A stretch of DNA of 64,000 nt from Myxococcota bacterium (GTDB lineage: Bacteria > Myxococcota_A > Polyangia > Nannocystales > Nannocystaceae). The notes under the pieces were generated by a model. It saw only the letters and a program-made list of their open reading frames with translations, was not told the origin of the DNA and made no database searches. Position numbers and translations under genes: made by a program. The first letter of the stretch is position 1. Each line of letters opens with the position of its first letter. Where the stretch lies: positions 64,001-128,000 of the forward strand of contig JBCCHT010000015.1 of NCBI GenBank assembly GCA_039028615.1, written 5' to 3'. Shown piece by piece: positions 40,968 to 51,226 of the stretch.

Positions 40968-42275
40968 ATGCGAACGTCGGTGATCGTCGGGGCCCTGTGC
41001 ACTATCGCGATGGTCGGCTGCGCATCACCGTGCGCACGCGTGAAGCAAGCGCATGCCGACATCACCCAGCGCCGCGAGCCGAATGCGGCCGGCGATCACC
41101 TGCGGCTGTCGGTGCCGCTGGCCCTGGTCAATCAGGTCATTCGTCGAGAGCTTCGCGGGGTGCCGCGGGCGAGATTGCCGCTGCCGACCATCGGGGGCGT
41201 CTCGCTCGGGACCGCGAGCGTGGGCGTGGATGCGGTGTCGGTGGTGCCCGCAGCGGCGGACGAGGTCTCGTTCGTGGCCGACGTCTCGGTGCGCTCGGGC
41301 AACAAGACGCTGCTGCCCGTGCGAGTGTCGGCCCGGGTGCGCCCGCGGCTCGACCCGGGCACGGGCACGGTGGTCGTGGCGCTCGACAAAAAGGGGCTGG
41401 TGGCCATGGACGCCAAGCTGGGGCGGGGTGGGGCGCGACCGCTGGTCGACGCGCTGTGGGGGCGTCTGCCGCCCGCCGCCCGCATGCTGACCTCCAAGGG
41501 CGACGTGGCGCAGCTGGCCGAGCCGGCTGCCAACGAGCTGTTGCGCCGGGCCACCGACCTGGTCGAGCGCGAGCTGCTCGACGACCTGGGCAAGGTCGCG
41601 CGGGTCGAGCTGGACTTGCCGCCCATTCCCGTCGACGCGCTGCGGGTGCGCTCGACCCCCGAAGACCTCGTCGTGGGCGTGCATACGCCGCTGCCCTCGC
41701 GGGGAGCGATTGCGGCGTCCGCCCCCCGTTCCACGCCGAAGCACCAGGTCGAGCTGGTCATTCACGGGGCGGCCGCGGTCGAGCTGGTCAACGACGCGAT
41801 GAGCCGCGGCGACGTGCCGCAGCGCTTCGGGCTGGACGGCGCCGCCGATGCCCAGGGCCCGCTGGAGGCCCACCTGGGCTGGGACAGCGCCGCGGCCAAG
41901 CCCCTGACGGTGCACGCATTCCTGCTCGATCCTCAGGCCGCCGGGCGTCCCGCCAAGGACTGCGCCCACGTTCGGCTCGGAGCCACCCCCGCCGTGAGCG
42001 CGCAGGGAGGCCGGCTGGTGCTCGGCACGAGCGATGCGAAGGTCGAAGACGTCGAGGGCTCGGCCGCGGTGAAGGCCGGCCTGTTCTTCGGCGGGGTCAG
42101 CCGCCGCAGCTTCGAGCACGTGGAGACGATCGCGGCCGACACCGAGTTCGAACTGGGACAGCAGAGCCTGCGCACGGAGCTACAGAGCGCCCAGCTCCAG
42201 GGCGATCGCCTGGTCATGGGGCTGACGCTCGCACCCGCCAAGGCGCGCCGCGTCACGCGTCGGCGCGGCCGCTAG
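40968..42275 (+). CDS. Hypothetical lipoprotein
   Basis: MVGC lipobox; long ORF with strong GC3 bias; two-part alpha/beta pattern loosely reminiscent of TULIP/BPI folds. Confidence 0.65.
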   Translation: MRTSVIVGALCTIAMVGCASPCARVKQAHADITQRREPNAAGDHLRLSVPLALVNQVIRRELRGVPRARLPLPTIGGVSLGTASVGVDAVSVVPAAADEVSFVADVSVRSGNKTLLPVRVSARVRPRLDPGTGTVVVALDKKGLVAMDAKLGRGGARPLVDALWGRLPPAARMLTSKGDVAQLAEPAANELLRRATDLVERELLDDLGKVARVELDLPPIPVDALRVRSTPEDLVVGVHTPLPSRGAIAASAPRSTPKHQVELVIHGAAAVELVNDAMSRGDVPQRFGLDGAADAQGPLEAHLGWDSAAAKPLTVHAFLLDPQAAGRPAKDCAHVRLGATPAVSAQGGRLVLGTSDAKVEDVEGSAAVKAGLFFGGVSRRSFEHVETIAADTEFELGQQSLRTELQSAQLQGDRLVMGLTLAPAKARRVTRRRGR

Positions 42276-43312
42276 CCGACCGGGTTCGGCACGAAGCAGC
42301 GAATGTTGGTCTCGATGCGGAAGTTCGACTCGCTCGTCTGCCGCTCGGCGTGGAAGATGTCCATCTCGTAGAAGCCCCCCGGCGTGATGCCCAGCGCCGC
42401 CGCCTGAGCGTCGAAGTCGACGGTGCCCTCGAGCGCCTCGTGCAGGCCGCCCATGTCGAGCGCCAGGGCGCCGTTGACGAAGATCCACAGGTCGTCGTCG
42501 CCGCGGAAGGTGAAGACCTGCCCCGCCTCGTACTCGAACAGGACGTGCACCTCGGTGGTGAAGTGGAAGTTGTGGTCCAAGCCGGGGCTGTTCCCGAAGC
42601 CCATGTCGTCGAGCGGGAAGAAGGCGTTGCTGTCGTAGACGTAGACGCCGGAGCCGGGCACGTCCTCGTCGAAGTCGAGCTCGATCTCGAACTCCATGTT
42701 CACGCCGTCGACGGTGTTGAACCATTGGTTGAACGACGTGGTGCTCTCGACCTCGTAGGTGGGCGGGTCGAAGGTCCACGGCTGGCACGTACCGACGTTG
42801 CAGATGCCGCTCTTGGCGGGCCAGCATCCGGCGCCCGAGACCACCCGTTGTTGTCGTCCCACGCCTTGCCGCACCGCGGGGCCTCCCTCGGCCACGTCGG
42901 GCTCGCCCGCGTAGAACACCGGCTTGCGGTCGGCCCCCAAGGCGGACTCGACGAGGCCGCAGCCGACGTCGTTCCAGCCCATGTAGACCTCGCCCTCGTG
43001 CACCACGCCGCGGGCCGAGACCTCGAAGTCGGTGTGGCCGCTGGCTTCACCGCCGCCTCGGAAATCTCGGAACGTGACGGGCAGGGTCGAGTCGCAGGTG
43101 TCGGGCAGGCCGCCGAAGTCGAGCTTGGCTCCTGTCTCGTCCTCTTCCTCGTCGTCGGCACCGGAGTCGGCCGTGGTGCCCCCGGAGATCCCGGTGCCCC
43201 CCACCGTCACTCCATTGGAGGTCATCTGCTCGAACCCGTTGCCGGTACTGCCGACCGTGCACCCCGAGAGCGCCAATGCCGCAACTGCTACTCGAACCGT
43301 CCCCTCATGCAT
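42272..43312 (-). CDS. Fibro-slime (PA14) domain lipoprotein
   Basis: FRDF...HTDFE, FNQWF, FFPLD, HNFHFTTE, FRGDDDLWIFVNG, DMGGLH, FHAER; LSGC lipobox. Confidence 0.93.
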   Translation of the reverse strand: MHEGTVRVAVAALALSGCTVGSTGNGFEQMTSNGVTVGGTGISGGTTADSGADDEEEDETGAKLDFGGLPDTCDSTLPVTFRDFRGGGEASGHTDFEVSARGVVHEGEVYMGWNDVGCGLVESALGADRKPVFYAGEPDVAEGGPAVRQGVGRQQRVVSGAGCWPAKSGICNVGTCQPWTFDPPTYEVESTTSFNQWFNTVDGVNMEFEIELDFDEDVPGSGVYVYDSNAFFPLDDMGFGNSPGLDHNFHFTTEVHVLFEYEAGQVFTFRGDDDLWIFVNGALALDMGGLHEALEGTVDFDAQAAALGITPGGFYEMDIFHAERQTSESNFRIETNIRCFVPNPVG

Positions 43313-43466
43313 CAAGAGCTTGGTGGGCCCCAGGGCCTCCAGCCGATGAAATTTTCGTCGCTCGGCGAGGAAAGGACACCTGGGGCCGTGAAAAAGGGGG
43401 CCGGGGGACCCTACTTCTCGTGCGAGCCGGTCCCCGCGGCGCAGACGACTCGTGGTGGGGCCTGGC

Positions 43467-46268
43467 CTATTCTTCGCCGCCGATGCCCGGGTCGGAGGCG
43501 TCGATCGACCACTGCCAGTTGTCGAGCAGGACCACCGAGTCCCACAGGCTGTCGCCCGTGTCCCAGATCGTAAAGCGAATCTCCATGACCTCGCCCGGCG
43601 TCACGTTGCCCGACATGTTCAGCCAGCCCGTGCCGCCGCCGACGTCGTCGTTGCCAGCACACGCCGCGGCCGCGTCATCGAAGCCGGTACCGACCAAGCC
43701 GGTTTCACCCGTGCACCCCGCATAGTTGGCGATGGGGCCCAGGGCACAGCCGGTCTCGCCGTTGTCGCACTCGGTGAACAGGCCCGGCGCCGCCGAGACC
43801 AGGTTCACGCCCACCGGCCACTGGTTCGCGCCGTCGTCGTAGATCGCGATGTTCGAGTCGGGCGGGTTGCCCGGGTCCGTGGAGTCGACCAACGTGACGA
43901 AGAAGTCGTTGAAGGGCGTGCACACGTACTCGGGGTACTCGGCGGACATGAAGTACATGTCCACGGAGAACGAGTTGGCGTTGGTCGGCACGCGGATGCG
44001 GATGCGGAGCATCGCCGAGTCGAACGCGGTGGTGTTGGCCGGGACCGCACATCCGGGCGCGTTGGGGAAATTGCCGCCGTTGGCCGCGAGCCAGCCCGCG
44101 GGGGCGCCCACGTCCGAAGCCGCGCCCATATCGTTGCCCGCCTCCCAGCCACCGTGGGCAGGGTTGGCCTGGCCGGGCGCCGCGGCGAATCCGGTCGACA
44201 ACACCGAGAAGTTCGTGCCCCTCTGCGGCGTATTGAAGGGGCCGAACAGGGGCCGGATGGAACGGGAGTTGACGTTCGGGGCCCCGGTGTCGTCGGCCAG
44301 CCACAGGTCGGCATCGATGACGCCCCAGATCTGCTGGTCGATGGGCGGCGCCTCGGTGGTGAACTGACACAGGTCGATCGCGCGGGCGTAGTCGAGCGGA
44401 TCGTTGCTGTTGCTCGCGAGCCCGGCCCCGCACAGGGGCACGGAGTTGTCGATGAGCCCGTCGCAGTCGTCGTCGACCATGTTGTCGGGGTCTTCGAACG
44501 CGCCCGGGTTCACGATGCCCGGGTCCGCACAGTTGGGCCCGGCCGTGTCGCAGCAGTCGTTGTCGCAGACGCCGTAGCCGTCACCGTCGTCGTCGGTGTT
44601 GTCGTCGACGACGCCGTCGCAGTTCTCGTCGATGCCGTTGCCACAGACCTCGGTCTCCGGGAACGTGGTCTGCGTGCAGACGAGCACGCCACCGGTGCAG
44701 AACTCGTAGCCCGTGCCGCAGGGGCCGTCGAGGCCCGTGTCGCATTCGCCGGAGCCCAGGTCGCCCTCGTCGGGGAAGCCGTCGCAGTCGTCGTCCAGGC
44801 CGTTGCAGACCTCGGGCGACGAGGGGGTGTTGGGCTCGCACACGATGACGCCGCCGGAGCAGGTCAAGGTGCCGGGGCTGCACACGCCGGGCAGGCCGGT
44901 CACGCACGGGGCCCCGCCGCCCGGGTTGCCCTCGTCGGGGACGCCGTCGCAGTTGTTGTCGAGGCCGTCGCAGGTCTCGGCGCTCGGGAACACGGTCTGA
45001 TCGCAGGTGAGTCCGCCGCCGGAGCAGGTCTCGACTCCGGTGCCGCACACGCCCATCAGGCCGGTGGCACAGGCTCCGCCGCCCTCGGGGTCGCCGTCGT
45101 CGGGGACGCCGTCGCAGTCGTTGTCGAGGCCGTCGCACAGCTCTGCGCTCGCCCCCTCGTCGCCCTGGCACACGATGCCACCGCCCACGCACGCCTCGGT
45201 GCCGGCCGAGCACACGCCGAGAAGACCGGTGTCGCAGGCACCACCGCCGCCCGGGTTGCCGTCGTCGGGGACGCCGTCGCAGTCGTCGTCGGCTCCGTTG
45301 CAGATCTCGGCTCCGGGCACGAAGTTGGCCTCGCACACGATCGCGCCGCCCGTGCACATCTCGGTACCGGGGCCGCATACGCCCTCGAGGCCCGTGTCAC
45401 AGGCCGCGCCGCCGCCCGGATTGCCGTCGTCCACGAAGCCGTTGCAGTCGTCGTCGATGTCGTTGCACGACTCCACGCCGACCGCGATGTCCTGCTCGCA
45501 GCTGAGCGCTCCGCCGATGCAGGCCTCCGTGCCGGCACTGCACGCGCCCTCCAAGCCGGTGTCACACGCTCCGCCGCCCTCCGGGTCCCCCTCGTCGTCG
45601 GTCCCGTCGCAGTTGTTGTCCAGCCCGTCGCACAGCTCGGCCTCCGGCGTTACGTCGCCGACGCACTCGCCCCATTGTCCTTCCACGCAGGTCTGCGTGC
45701 CCTGGGCGCACAGGCCCACGCCGACGCGCAGCGGGTCGCCCGTGTAGCAATCCTGGACTTCGTCGTTGATGCAGTCGCAGTCTTCGTCGACCTCGCCGTC
45801 GCAGTCGTCGTCGGTGCCGTCGCAGGTCTCGCCCTCGGGGTTGGGTTCACCCGGCTCGCACTCGACGGGCATGCCGTCGATGCACGTCGACGTAATGACC
45901 TCGCAGACGCCGACGCCACACGTGACTTCTTCGTCGAGGCCTTCGTCCGCCACCCCGTCGCAGTTGTCGTCCTCGCCGTTGCAGACCTCGGGCTCGTCCG
46001 AGCATCCCGCGTCACCGGAGCCGTCGTCGGCGCCGGTGGAGCCCGAGTCGCCGCCGCCGTCACCGACGCCGGTTCCATCGGCTTGGTCGTCGCCCGTGCC
46101 GCCGGTGCTGCTGCCAGTGGCGGGACTGGTGGGTGCACCCGTCGTGCCCGGCGTCGGATTGCCGAAGGGGTTCTCGACGACGTCGTCGGACCCGGGGCAG
46201 CCAGTCGCGGAGATGAGCAGGCCCAGAGCAGTGATCGGAAACGTAAAGCGAACTGGACCAAGCATCAT
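43467..46268 (-). CDS. Large Cys-rich lipoprotein with about 10 MopE-like repeats and a choice-of-anchor L-like domain
   Basis: Repeats E-x-C-[DN]-G-x-D-[DN]-[DN]-C-D-G; C-terminal VLSTG...SAEYPEYVC..FNDFF...IWDTGD..WDSVVLLD. Confidence 0.88.
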   Translation of the reverse strand: MMLGPVRFTFPITALGLLISATGCPGSDDVVENPFGNPTPGTTGAPTSPATGSSTGGTGDDQADGTGVGDGGGDSGSTGADDGSGDAGCSDEPEVCNGEDDNCDGVADEGLDEEVTCGVGVCEVITSTCIDGMPVECEPGEPNPEGETCDGTDDDCDGEVDEDCDCINDEVQDCYTGDPLRVGVGLCAQGTQTCVEGQWGECVGDVTPEAELCDGLDNNCDGTDDEGDPEGGGACDTGLEGACSAGTEACIGGALSCEQDIAVGVESCNDIDDDCNGFVDDGNPGGGAACDTGLEGVCGPGTEMCTGGAIVCEANFVPGAEICNGADDDCDGVPDDGNPGGGGACDTGLLGVCSAGTEACVGGGIVCQGDEGASAELCDGLDNDCDGVPDDGDPEGGGACATGLMGVCGTGVETCSGGGLTCDQTVFPSAETCDGLDNNCDGVPDEGNPGGGAPCVTGLPGVCSPGTLTCSGGVIVCEPNTPSSPEVCNGLDDDCDGFPDEGDLGSGECDTGLDGPCGTGYEFCTGGVLVCTQTTFPETEVCGNGIDENCDGVVDDNTDDDGDGYGVCDNDCCDTAGPNCADPGIVNPGAFEDPDNMVDDDCDGLIDNSVPLCGAGLASNSNDPLDYARAIDLCQFTTEAPPIDQQIWGVIDADLWLADDTGAPNVNSRSIRPLFGPFNTPQRGTNFSVLSTGFAAAPGQANPAHGGWEAGNDMGAASDVGAPAGWLAANGGNFPNAPGCAVPANTTAFDSAMLRIRIRVPTNANSFSVDMYFMSAEYPEYVCTPFNDFFVTLVDSTDPGNPPDSNIAIYDDGANQWPVGVNLVSAAPGLFTECDNGETGCALGPIANYAGCTGETGLVGTGFDDAAAACAGNDDVGGGTGWLNMSGNVTPGEVMEIRFTIWDTGDSLWDSVVLLDNWQWSIDASDPGIGGEE

Positions 46269-46489
46269 GGGGCCAATTGTCGCCCGTTCATTGACCAATT
46301 GTCATCAGGGACAGGCCCCACACGTGCCAGGCCCAATGGTGATCCGAGTGGGCCGACGTCGATATGTTTGGGTTATTTGTGGCCTTTGTACGGCGTTTTT
46401 GTTCGACCGCGTGTCTGCTGGTGTAGGTCGATCTGCGTTGCGGAGCATGGAGCCTCGCCCAAGATCCGCAACGCGACCGCGCGGCTGCG

Positions 46490-48226
46490 CTACGGCATGG
46501 TCTCGGACGTGTACACGTAGTGCACCAGCGAGTTCTGATTGCAGTGCGGCACGTCGGAGGTCTCCGGGTCGAGCACGGCATCGGGCACGTATGACCACGT
46601 CACGCGTCCGGGCCCCATCGGAATCATCTCGTTGACCTCGCCCCAGCCCACGCCCGGGACTTCCGTGGCTTCGGTCAGCGGGTTGCCCTCGCCGTCGATC
46701 TCCATCAGCCAGTAGCTCCACGGAATGCGGAGGCTGTTGTTGCGCTCGGACCCCTCGAGCCCATCGCTGACGCGCAGCCCGGAGCCCCATCCCAGCAGGT
46801 AGCGGTCTCCACCCAGAGGCGCGAGCTGAGGCCAGGAGAAGAACGAGTCGTCGTCTCCAGCGACCCACGTGATGTCGCCCTCCGATTGTCCGTCGGCGTC
46901 GAAGCGCAACAACCCGAGCTGCGTGGGAATCGTGTCGTCGTAGCCTCCGACGATCGGATCGGGCTCACCCACGATGAGCGACAAGAAACCACCGCCCGGT
47001 CGCGCCACCAGGGGCCCGGCGCCGCCCTTGAGCCACAGCGCGCTGTAGCGCGATGCGTAGTGCACCTCGGTGTCCTCGTTGTCGTCCTCCATGCGGAACG
47101 AGATCGTGACCCGGTCGCTGTGCCCGTCGTCGCTGAAGTCGGTGCTGCAGGCCATCGCGTACTGCTGCGTGGTCGGGTCGTAGGCCGGCCGGTTGTGGAT
47201 CGTGTGGCCCGTCGCGCACGCCCACGTCCACCCCCGATTGGTGAAGGTGTAGTCGCTGCGATCGAGGATCATGAACGAGTCGGCCTCGTGGCAATCCGTG
47301 CCTTCGCCCACCGTGGCCTTGAGCGCGATACCGTAGGTCCCGTCGTTCTCGCCGTAGCGCAGGTAGTTCTGGCCGAACTCCCAGCTGCCGATCGACTTGT
47401 GCACGATGACGTCGACGGGCGGCTGCGACAGGTCGCCGTCGGGCCACTCGTAGAGCCACATGTGCTCGTTCATCTTCGGCGGCATGGTGCCGCACGTGTT
47501 CTCGTTGGTGAGCCAGTCCTCGGCGGGATGGCCCGCGATGGCATCGTAGTCCGCGCCTTCCGTCGTATTGGGCGTGCGACACAAGACGGCCACCGTCGAG
47601 CAGTCCTCCGCCGCCGCGATGCCGTGCATCGAGCGGCACTCGGGGAAGTGATGGCTCTGCTCGACCTCCAGCGCGCCCGTCTCGGGATTGAAGGTGGTGA
47701 CCGTCAGCCCGCCCGTGGTGACGTCGGGTCCTTCTTCTGCCTCCTCGCCCACGGTGTACGACGAGAACACGCGCCGCGGCTCGCCCGGGGGCTTGCACGA
47801 CGCGAAGTACATGCGTCGGGGCGCGTGCCCGTCTTGGTAGTTCTGGAACGGCGCCAGCAGTCGGATCGTCCAGTCCCACTCGCACGCGATGGGGCCTCCG
47901 CCCGGAAGATCGTCTTGCACCGTCACCGAGATGCCCGGCATCCACGGCTCGTCCGCGCCTCCGCTGCTGTCGCCGTCGTCGACCGAGCCGCCCGAAGGCG
48001 AGTCTCCCGACGCATCGGCGCCACTCGTGCCCGGGCCGTCGTCGGTGGCCGAGCCAGCCGTAGGGGACGAGCCTCCGTCCGTCGCCGAGCCGCTCCCGCC
48101 GTCGGCCACTCCGCTGCCGTCACCCGCCGGGGTTCCGCAGCCCAGCGCACCCGACATTGCCAGCGCGGCCATCCAGCGAACCCGTATTGTCCCTGCACCC
48201 GTTTCGATCGTCTCCACCACGTTCAC
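46490..48226 (-). CDS. Hypothetical lipoprotein
   Basis: ALGC lipobox; G/S/D linker; ~480-aa globular region; start uncertain (48172 to 48226). Confidence 0.7.
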   Translation of the reverse strand: MNVVETIETGAGTIRVRWMAALAMSGALGCGTPAGDGSGVADGGSGSATDGGSSPTAGSATDDGPGTSGADASGDSPSGGSVDDGDSSGGADEPWMPGISVTVQDDLPGGGPIACEWDWTIRLLAPFQNYQDGHAPRRMYFASCKPPGEPRRVFSSYTVGEEAEEGPDVTTGGLTVTTFNPETGALEVEQSHHFPECRSMHGIAAAEDCSTVAVLCRTPNTTEGADYDAIAGHPAEDWLTNENTCGTMPPKMNEHMWLYEWPDGDLSQPPVDVIVHKSIGSWEFGQNYLRYGENDGTYGIALKATVGEGTDCHEADSFMILDRSDYTFTNRGWTWACATGHTIHNRPAYDPTTQQYAMACSTDFSDDGHSDRVTISFRMEDDNEDTEVHYASRYSALWLKGGAGPLVARPGGGFLSLIVGEPDPIVGGYDDTIPTQLGLLRFDADGQSEGDITWVAGDDDSFFSWPQLAPLGGDRYLLGWGSGLRVSDGLEGSERNNSLRIPWSYWLMEIDGEGNPLTEATEVPGVGWGEVNEMIPMGPGRVTWSYVPDAVLDPETSDVPHCNQNSLVHYVYTSETMP

Positions 48227-48565
48227 TCCAATCTCCACAACCGACGAGCACGGCACGCATGGGGCTTTGGGCCCCCGTCGGGGCGAACCGCCCACAACCG
48301 AATTCGGCTACCCGTGCAGTATGCCCATCACCCACGGGGGGCGTGGTCATGGGCTGGCACAATGGATGAAAAAAACGAGACTGCTTCGAAGTTCCAACAG
48401 GGTTGATGCGAGCGGCGTAGCTACCCGCACCATCACTACGGCTCGAAGGTTGGAGCATGCGAAATTGGCATGAGTGGACGGGAGCGGTCGTGTGGGGGGT
48501 GTATGCCCCGGTGGCGCTATGAAGGAACGGTCAACGAACGAGTGGCGGAGTCGGGGAGTCGTCGA

Positions 48566-49744
48566 TCACGGCGGAGGCTCGCCGTTCATGTACGCTCGAA
48601 TCTGGTTCACCTGGTTCGTACCCCACTCCGTCTTTCCATCATTACTGTTGAGCGCCCACAAAAACGCCATCGGGTAGTTGCTGCGTTGTTCGAGGAACTC
48701 GAGCCGATGGTACAGGTAACGGTTTCGATTGCCCTCGGTGGGCCGGCAGTCGCCCCAGGCTTCGCGGGGGTCGGGAACGTCCGTCGCAAACTCGCCGATC
48801 ATGCACGGGCGGAAGGGCAGGCGGTCATAGGCCGGCAGGCGGGAGGGCAACGAGTACCCGGGGTAGTGGTGAAACTGGTGCCAGTACTGGCCGCGTCGCG
48901 ACGCAGTTTGCAGCAGCCTTCTCAGTGGGGCGCTGATCCAGCTCGGGTTGTGGCTCAAAAAACCGATGGTCGAGCGAAAGTTCAGGCCGTGAATGCGATA
49001 GAGCGCCGCCCGGATGAAGCGAGACATGTCGTCGGGGCTGACGTGATCATGCCTGATTGCCCAGTCGGGCTCGTTGATGACTTCCCACGCGAAGATCGCA
49101 TCGCGGACTCTTCGAGAGGCATGCAACAGCGGAGTCAGGGTTGCGTCCAAGAACGGGTTGATGAAGCGCCCGCTGCCGTCGGGGCCGAAGATCAACTCAC
49201 CGCGACCTTGGCTGGTGGTGCCATCGCCTCTTTCATTGAGTTCCTTGAACCACTCGAAGCTGATGAGCGAGGGGATGATCTTCATCTCGGCGCTGATGCA
49301 CGCTTGGCACAGGCCGACGAAGTCTTCGATGAAATCGGCGTGGAGAGGGGGCGGCGCCACGCCTGGCTTCAACACGAGGCGACGTGTCAGGAGGCCCGTG
49401 GCCGTGGCGTGGGGATGCCAGTCGACCTGCGGATAGTTGATCCCGTCGGCGAGGATCCAAAACCGGATGACGGAGATCCCGAGTTGTCGCAGTTGTTGAA
49501 GCTTGGCGTGCACCGACGACCAATCGCGCGGCACGGGATGACGGGTCGCGGACCACCAGGGGGTCGGCCCGACGCCGAAGTCCCATCCGCAGCGACTGCT
49601 CGTCACAGATCCACCGCCCGAGACGGCCCGAGTGCCATTCCCCGTCCAGGGGTAGTTCACGCCGAGGACGAAGCGGGGACACACCGAGTTGCTGGTGCCG
49701 TCACCGTCGTCCGAAGGCGCGACATTGCAAACTTCGTCAACCAT
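48566..49744 (-). CDS. Clan GH-A (GH5-like) glycoside hydrolase, no signal peptide
   Basis: GVNYPW, IRFWILADG, AWEVINEPD (acid/base), QFHHY, IGEF (nucleophile). Confidence 0.8.
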   Translation of the reverse strand: MVDEVCNVAPSDDGDGTSNSVCPRFVLGVNYPWTGNGTRAVSGGGSVTSSRCGWDFGVGPTPWWSATRHPVPRDWSSVHAKLQQLRQLGISVIRFWILADGINYPQVDWHPHATATGLLTRRLVLKPGVAPPPLHADFIEDFVGLCQACISAEMKIIPSLISFEWFKELNERGDGTTSQGRGELIFGPDGSGRFINPFLDATLTPLLHASRRVRDAIFAWEVINEPDWAIRHDHVSPDDMSRFIRAALYRIHGLNFRSTIGFLSHNPSWISAPLRRLLQTASRRGQYWHQFHHYPGYSLPSRLPAYDRLPFRPCMIGEFATDVPDPREAWGDCRPTEGNRNRYLYHRLEFLEQRSNYPMAFLWALNSNDGKTEWGTNQVNQIRAYMNGEPPP

Positions 49745-49761
49745 CGACGTTCTCCCGAGCC

Positions 49762-50436
49762 TCAGACCCCATGCGCACTCTCCAGTTCGGCCACCGTCTC
49801 GTCATCGAGCTCGCCGGTCTCCGAAAGCTCGCGGTCCCTCTGAAACCGCTGCAGCGCCGCGCTGATCTCCTCGGGTTCCATGTCGTCGTAGGGCCGCAGG
49901 TGGTAGCCGAGGTTTCGCAGTCGCGACATGGCGCCCTTGGGTTTCGTGGCGGGGTCGAGATGTCCGATCCGCAGGCGCATCGTCTGGCCATCCCCCTGCG
50001 GGTCACCCCGTAGCCACAGCGTCAGCTCGCCCGCGTCGACACCCGCCGGGACCCAGTGCTCGAGCATGCCGCCCTCCGGGATGGTGCCTTCGTACTCGGC
50101 GGGGTCGACCCGCAGGCGATAGCGCTTGCCTTCGATGCTGATGGGTCCGTCGTCGCGGAGCTTCAGCCGCAGCATGGTCGCCGGAGTCCCCAGTACGAAG
50201 TGGTGGACCTTGCCGGTCGCGCACCGATGCTCTTGCCCCCGATGCCGAACGACGCCGTCGCTGGTCTCCGCCAGCTCGACTTGGTCGTCGGGGTTGAGCA
50301 CCAGAGGATTGGGGCGGTCCTCCTTCAGCTGCGCATTCCCGGACTCCTCTCGCACGGCCCGCCAATCCGCCCGCCCGTGGGCAAGTGCGACGGACTGCAA
50401 GGTCTCGCCCTCCCGGACTTGGTGACTAGCTCCCAT
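49762..50436 (-). CDS. LysM-like + TTR-like + peptidoglycan-binding (PG_binding_1) protein
   Basis: HQVREGETLQSVA...NPLVLNP.D; C-terminal RLRNLGY...ALQRFQRDRELSETGELDDET. Confidence 0.85.
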   Translation of the reverse strand: MGASHQVREGETLQSVALAHGRADWRAVREESGNAQLKEDRPNPLVLNPDDQVELAETSDGVVRHRGQEHRCATGKVHHFVLGTPATMLRLKLRDDGPISIEGKRYRLRVDPAEYEGTIPEGGMLEHWVPAGVDAGELTLWLRGDPQGDGQTMRLRIGHLDPATKPKGAMSRLRNLGYHLRPYDDMEPEEISAALQRFQRDRELSETGELDDETVAELESAHGV

Positions 50437-50442
50437 GCTCGT

Positions 50443-51042
50443 CTACGCTCCAGTCTGCTGCCATGGGTCCTGCATCTCTTCCAGCGGCACATCGGGAAAA
50501 CGAATGCGAGTGATGCCCGCGGTGATGTCGTCGTGTCGTGCCCGACCCGCGGAATCGGTGGTGCCGGTAATTCGCTCGCCGTCGGACAGGGTCAGCTCGT
50601 AGGTCTCGCCGCTTCGGGGGGTGCCGTCGCGGTGGGTGAGCACGAGCTCGATCCAGTCCAGGGGTTGCTCGGCGGGTGTGTCGTCGATCGGCTCGGTCGA
50701 CTCCACCCGCGGGAGGGTCGCGTGGCGGGCATACGGCGCCTCGAACAAGCGCAGCGGCGAGATGCCGCGGAACGCCTCGTCGCGAATCCATGCGATCCAC
50801 CCCCGCTCGTCGTCGGCATCGGGGCAGGGGTGGGTCTTCGGGAGCAGCTGCCGCAGGTGTGACGCGAACCGGCGAGGCTTGTGGCGAAAGGCGGCCTCGA
50901 GGATCTCGATGGCCTCGAACGCCTCGTCGATGCGCGTCCAGGCGGAAGGAGCATCGACGGTGGAAGGCCGCGGGGCGAGCACGAAGCGGCGCCCGAGGTG
51001 CTGGAACGAGAAGGCGTCGCGCCCGACTAGGGATTGGAACAC
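50443..51042 (-). CDS. Hypothetical protein with C-terminal transthyretin/prealbumin-like domain
   Basis: WIELVL...GTP...YELTLSDG...GTTDSAGRA...IRFP; GGAGG RBS upstream of GTG. Confidence 0.65.
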   Translation of the reverse strand: MFQSLVGRDAFSFQHLGRRFVLAPRPSTVDAPSAWTRIDEAFEAIEILEAAFRHKPRRFASHLRQLLPKTHPCPDADDERGWIAWIRDEAFRGISPLRLFEAPYARHATLPRVESTEPIDDTPAEQPLDWIELVLTHRDGTPRSGETYELTLSDGERITGTTDSAGRARHDDITAGITRIRFPDVPLEEMQDPWQQTGA

Positions 51043-51226
51043 TCGGCATCCTCCCCGTGGCCTGGACGCCGACCCACCGATGCACTTCGCACTGCGTGAA
51101 GACTATGCCACGGCGCGGAAAAAACGCACAATGCAGGACGGGCGCAAACGCCCCTGGAGACCGCTTTTCGAGCGTCTGTGGCGATCGGTGATCGAAACTC
51201 GAGCGACGCGGTCTACCCCAGAGCCC

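Noticed and set aside
40997..43573. 858-aa plus-strand ORF
   Set aside because: Off-frame over one gene and antisense to the fibro-slime gene; no recognisable motifs.
44450..45990. Regularly spaced DNA repeats resembling an array
   Set aside because: They are in-frame coding repeats of the Cys/Asp motif.
43452..46520. 1022-aa plus-strand ORF
   Set aside because: Antisense shadow of the MopE-like repeat gene; V/A/R-rich with no motifs, an expected artefact of high GC3.
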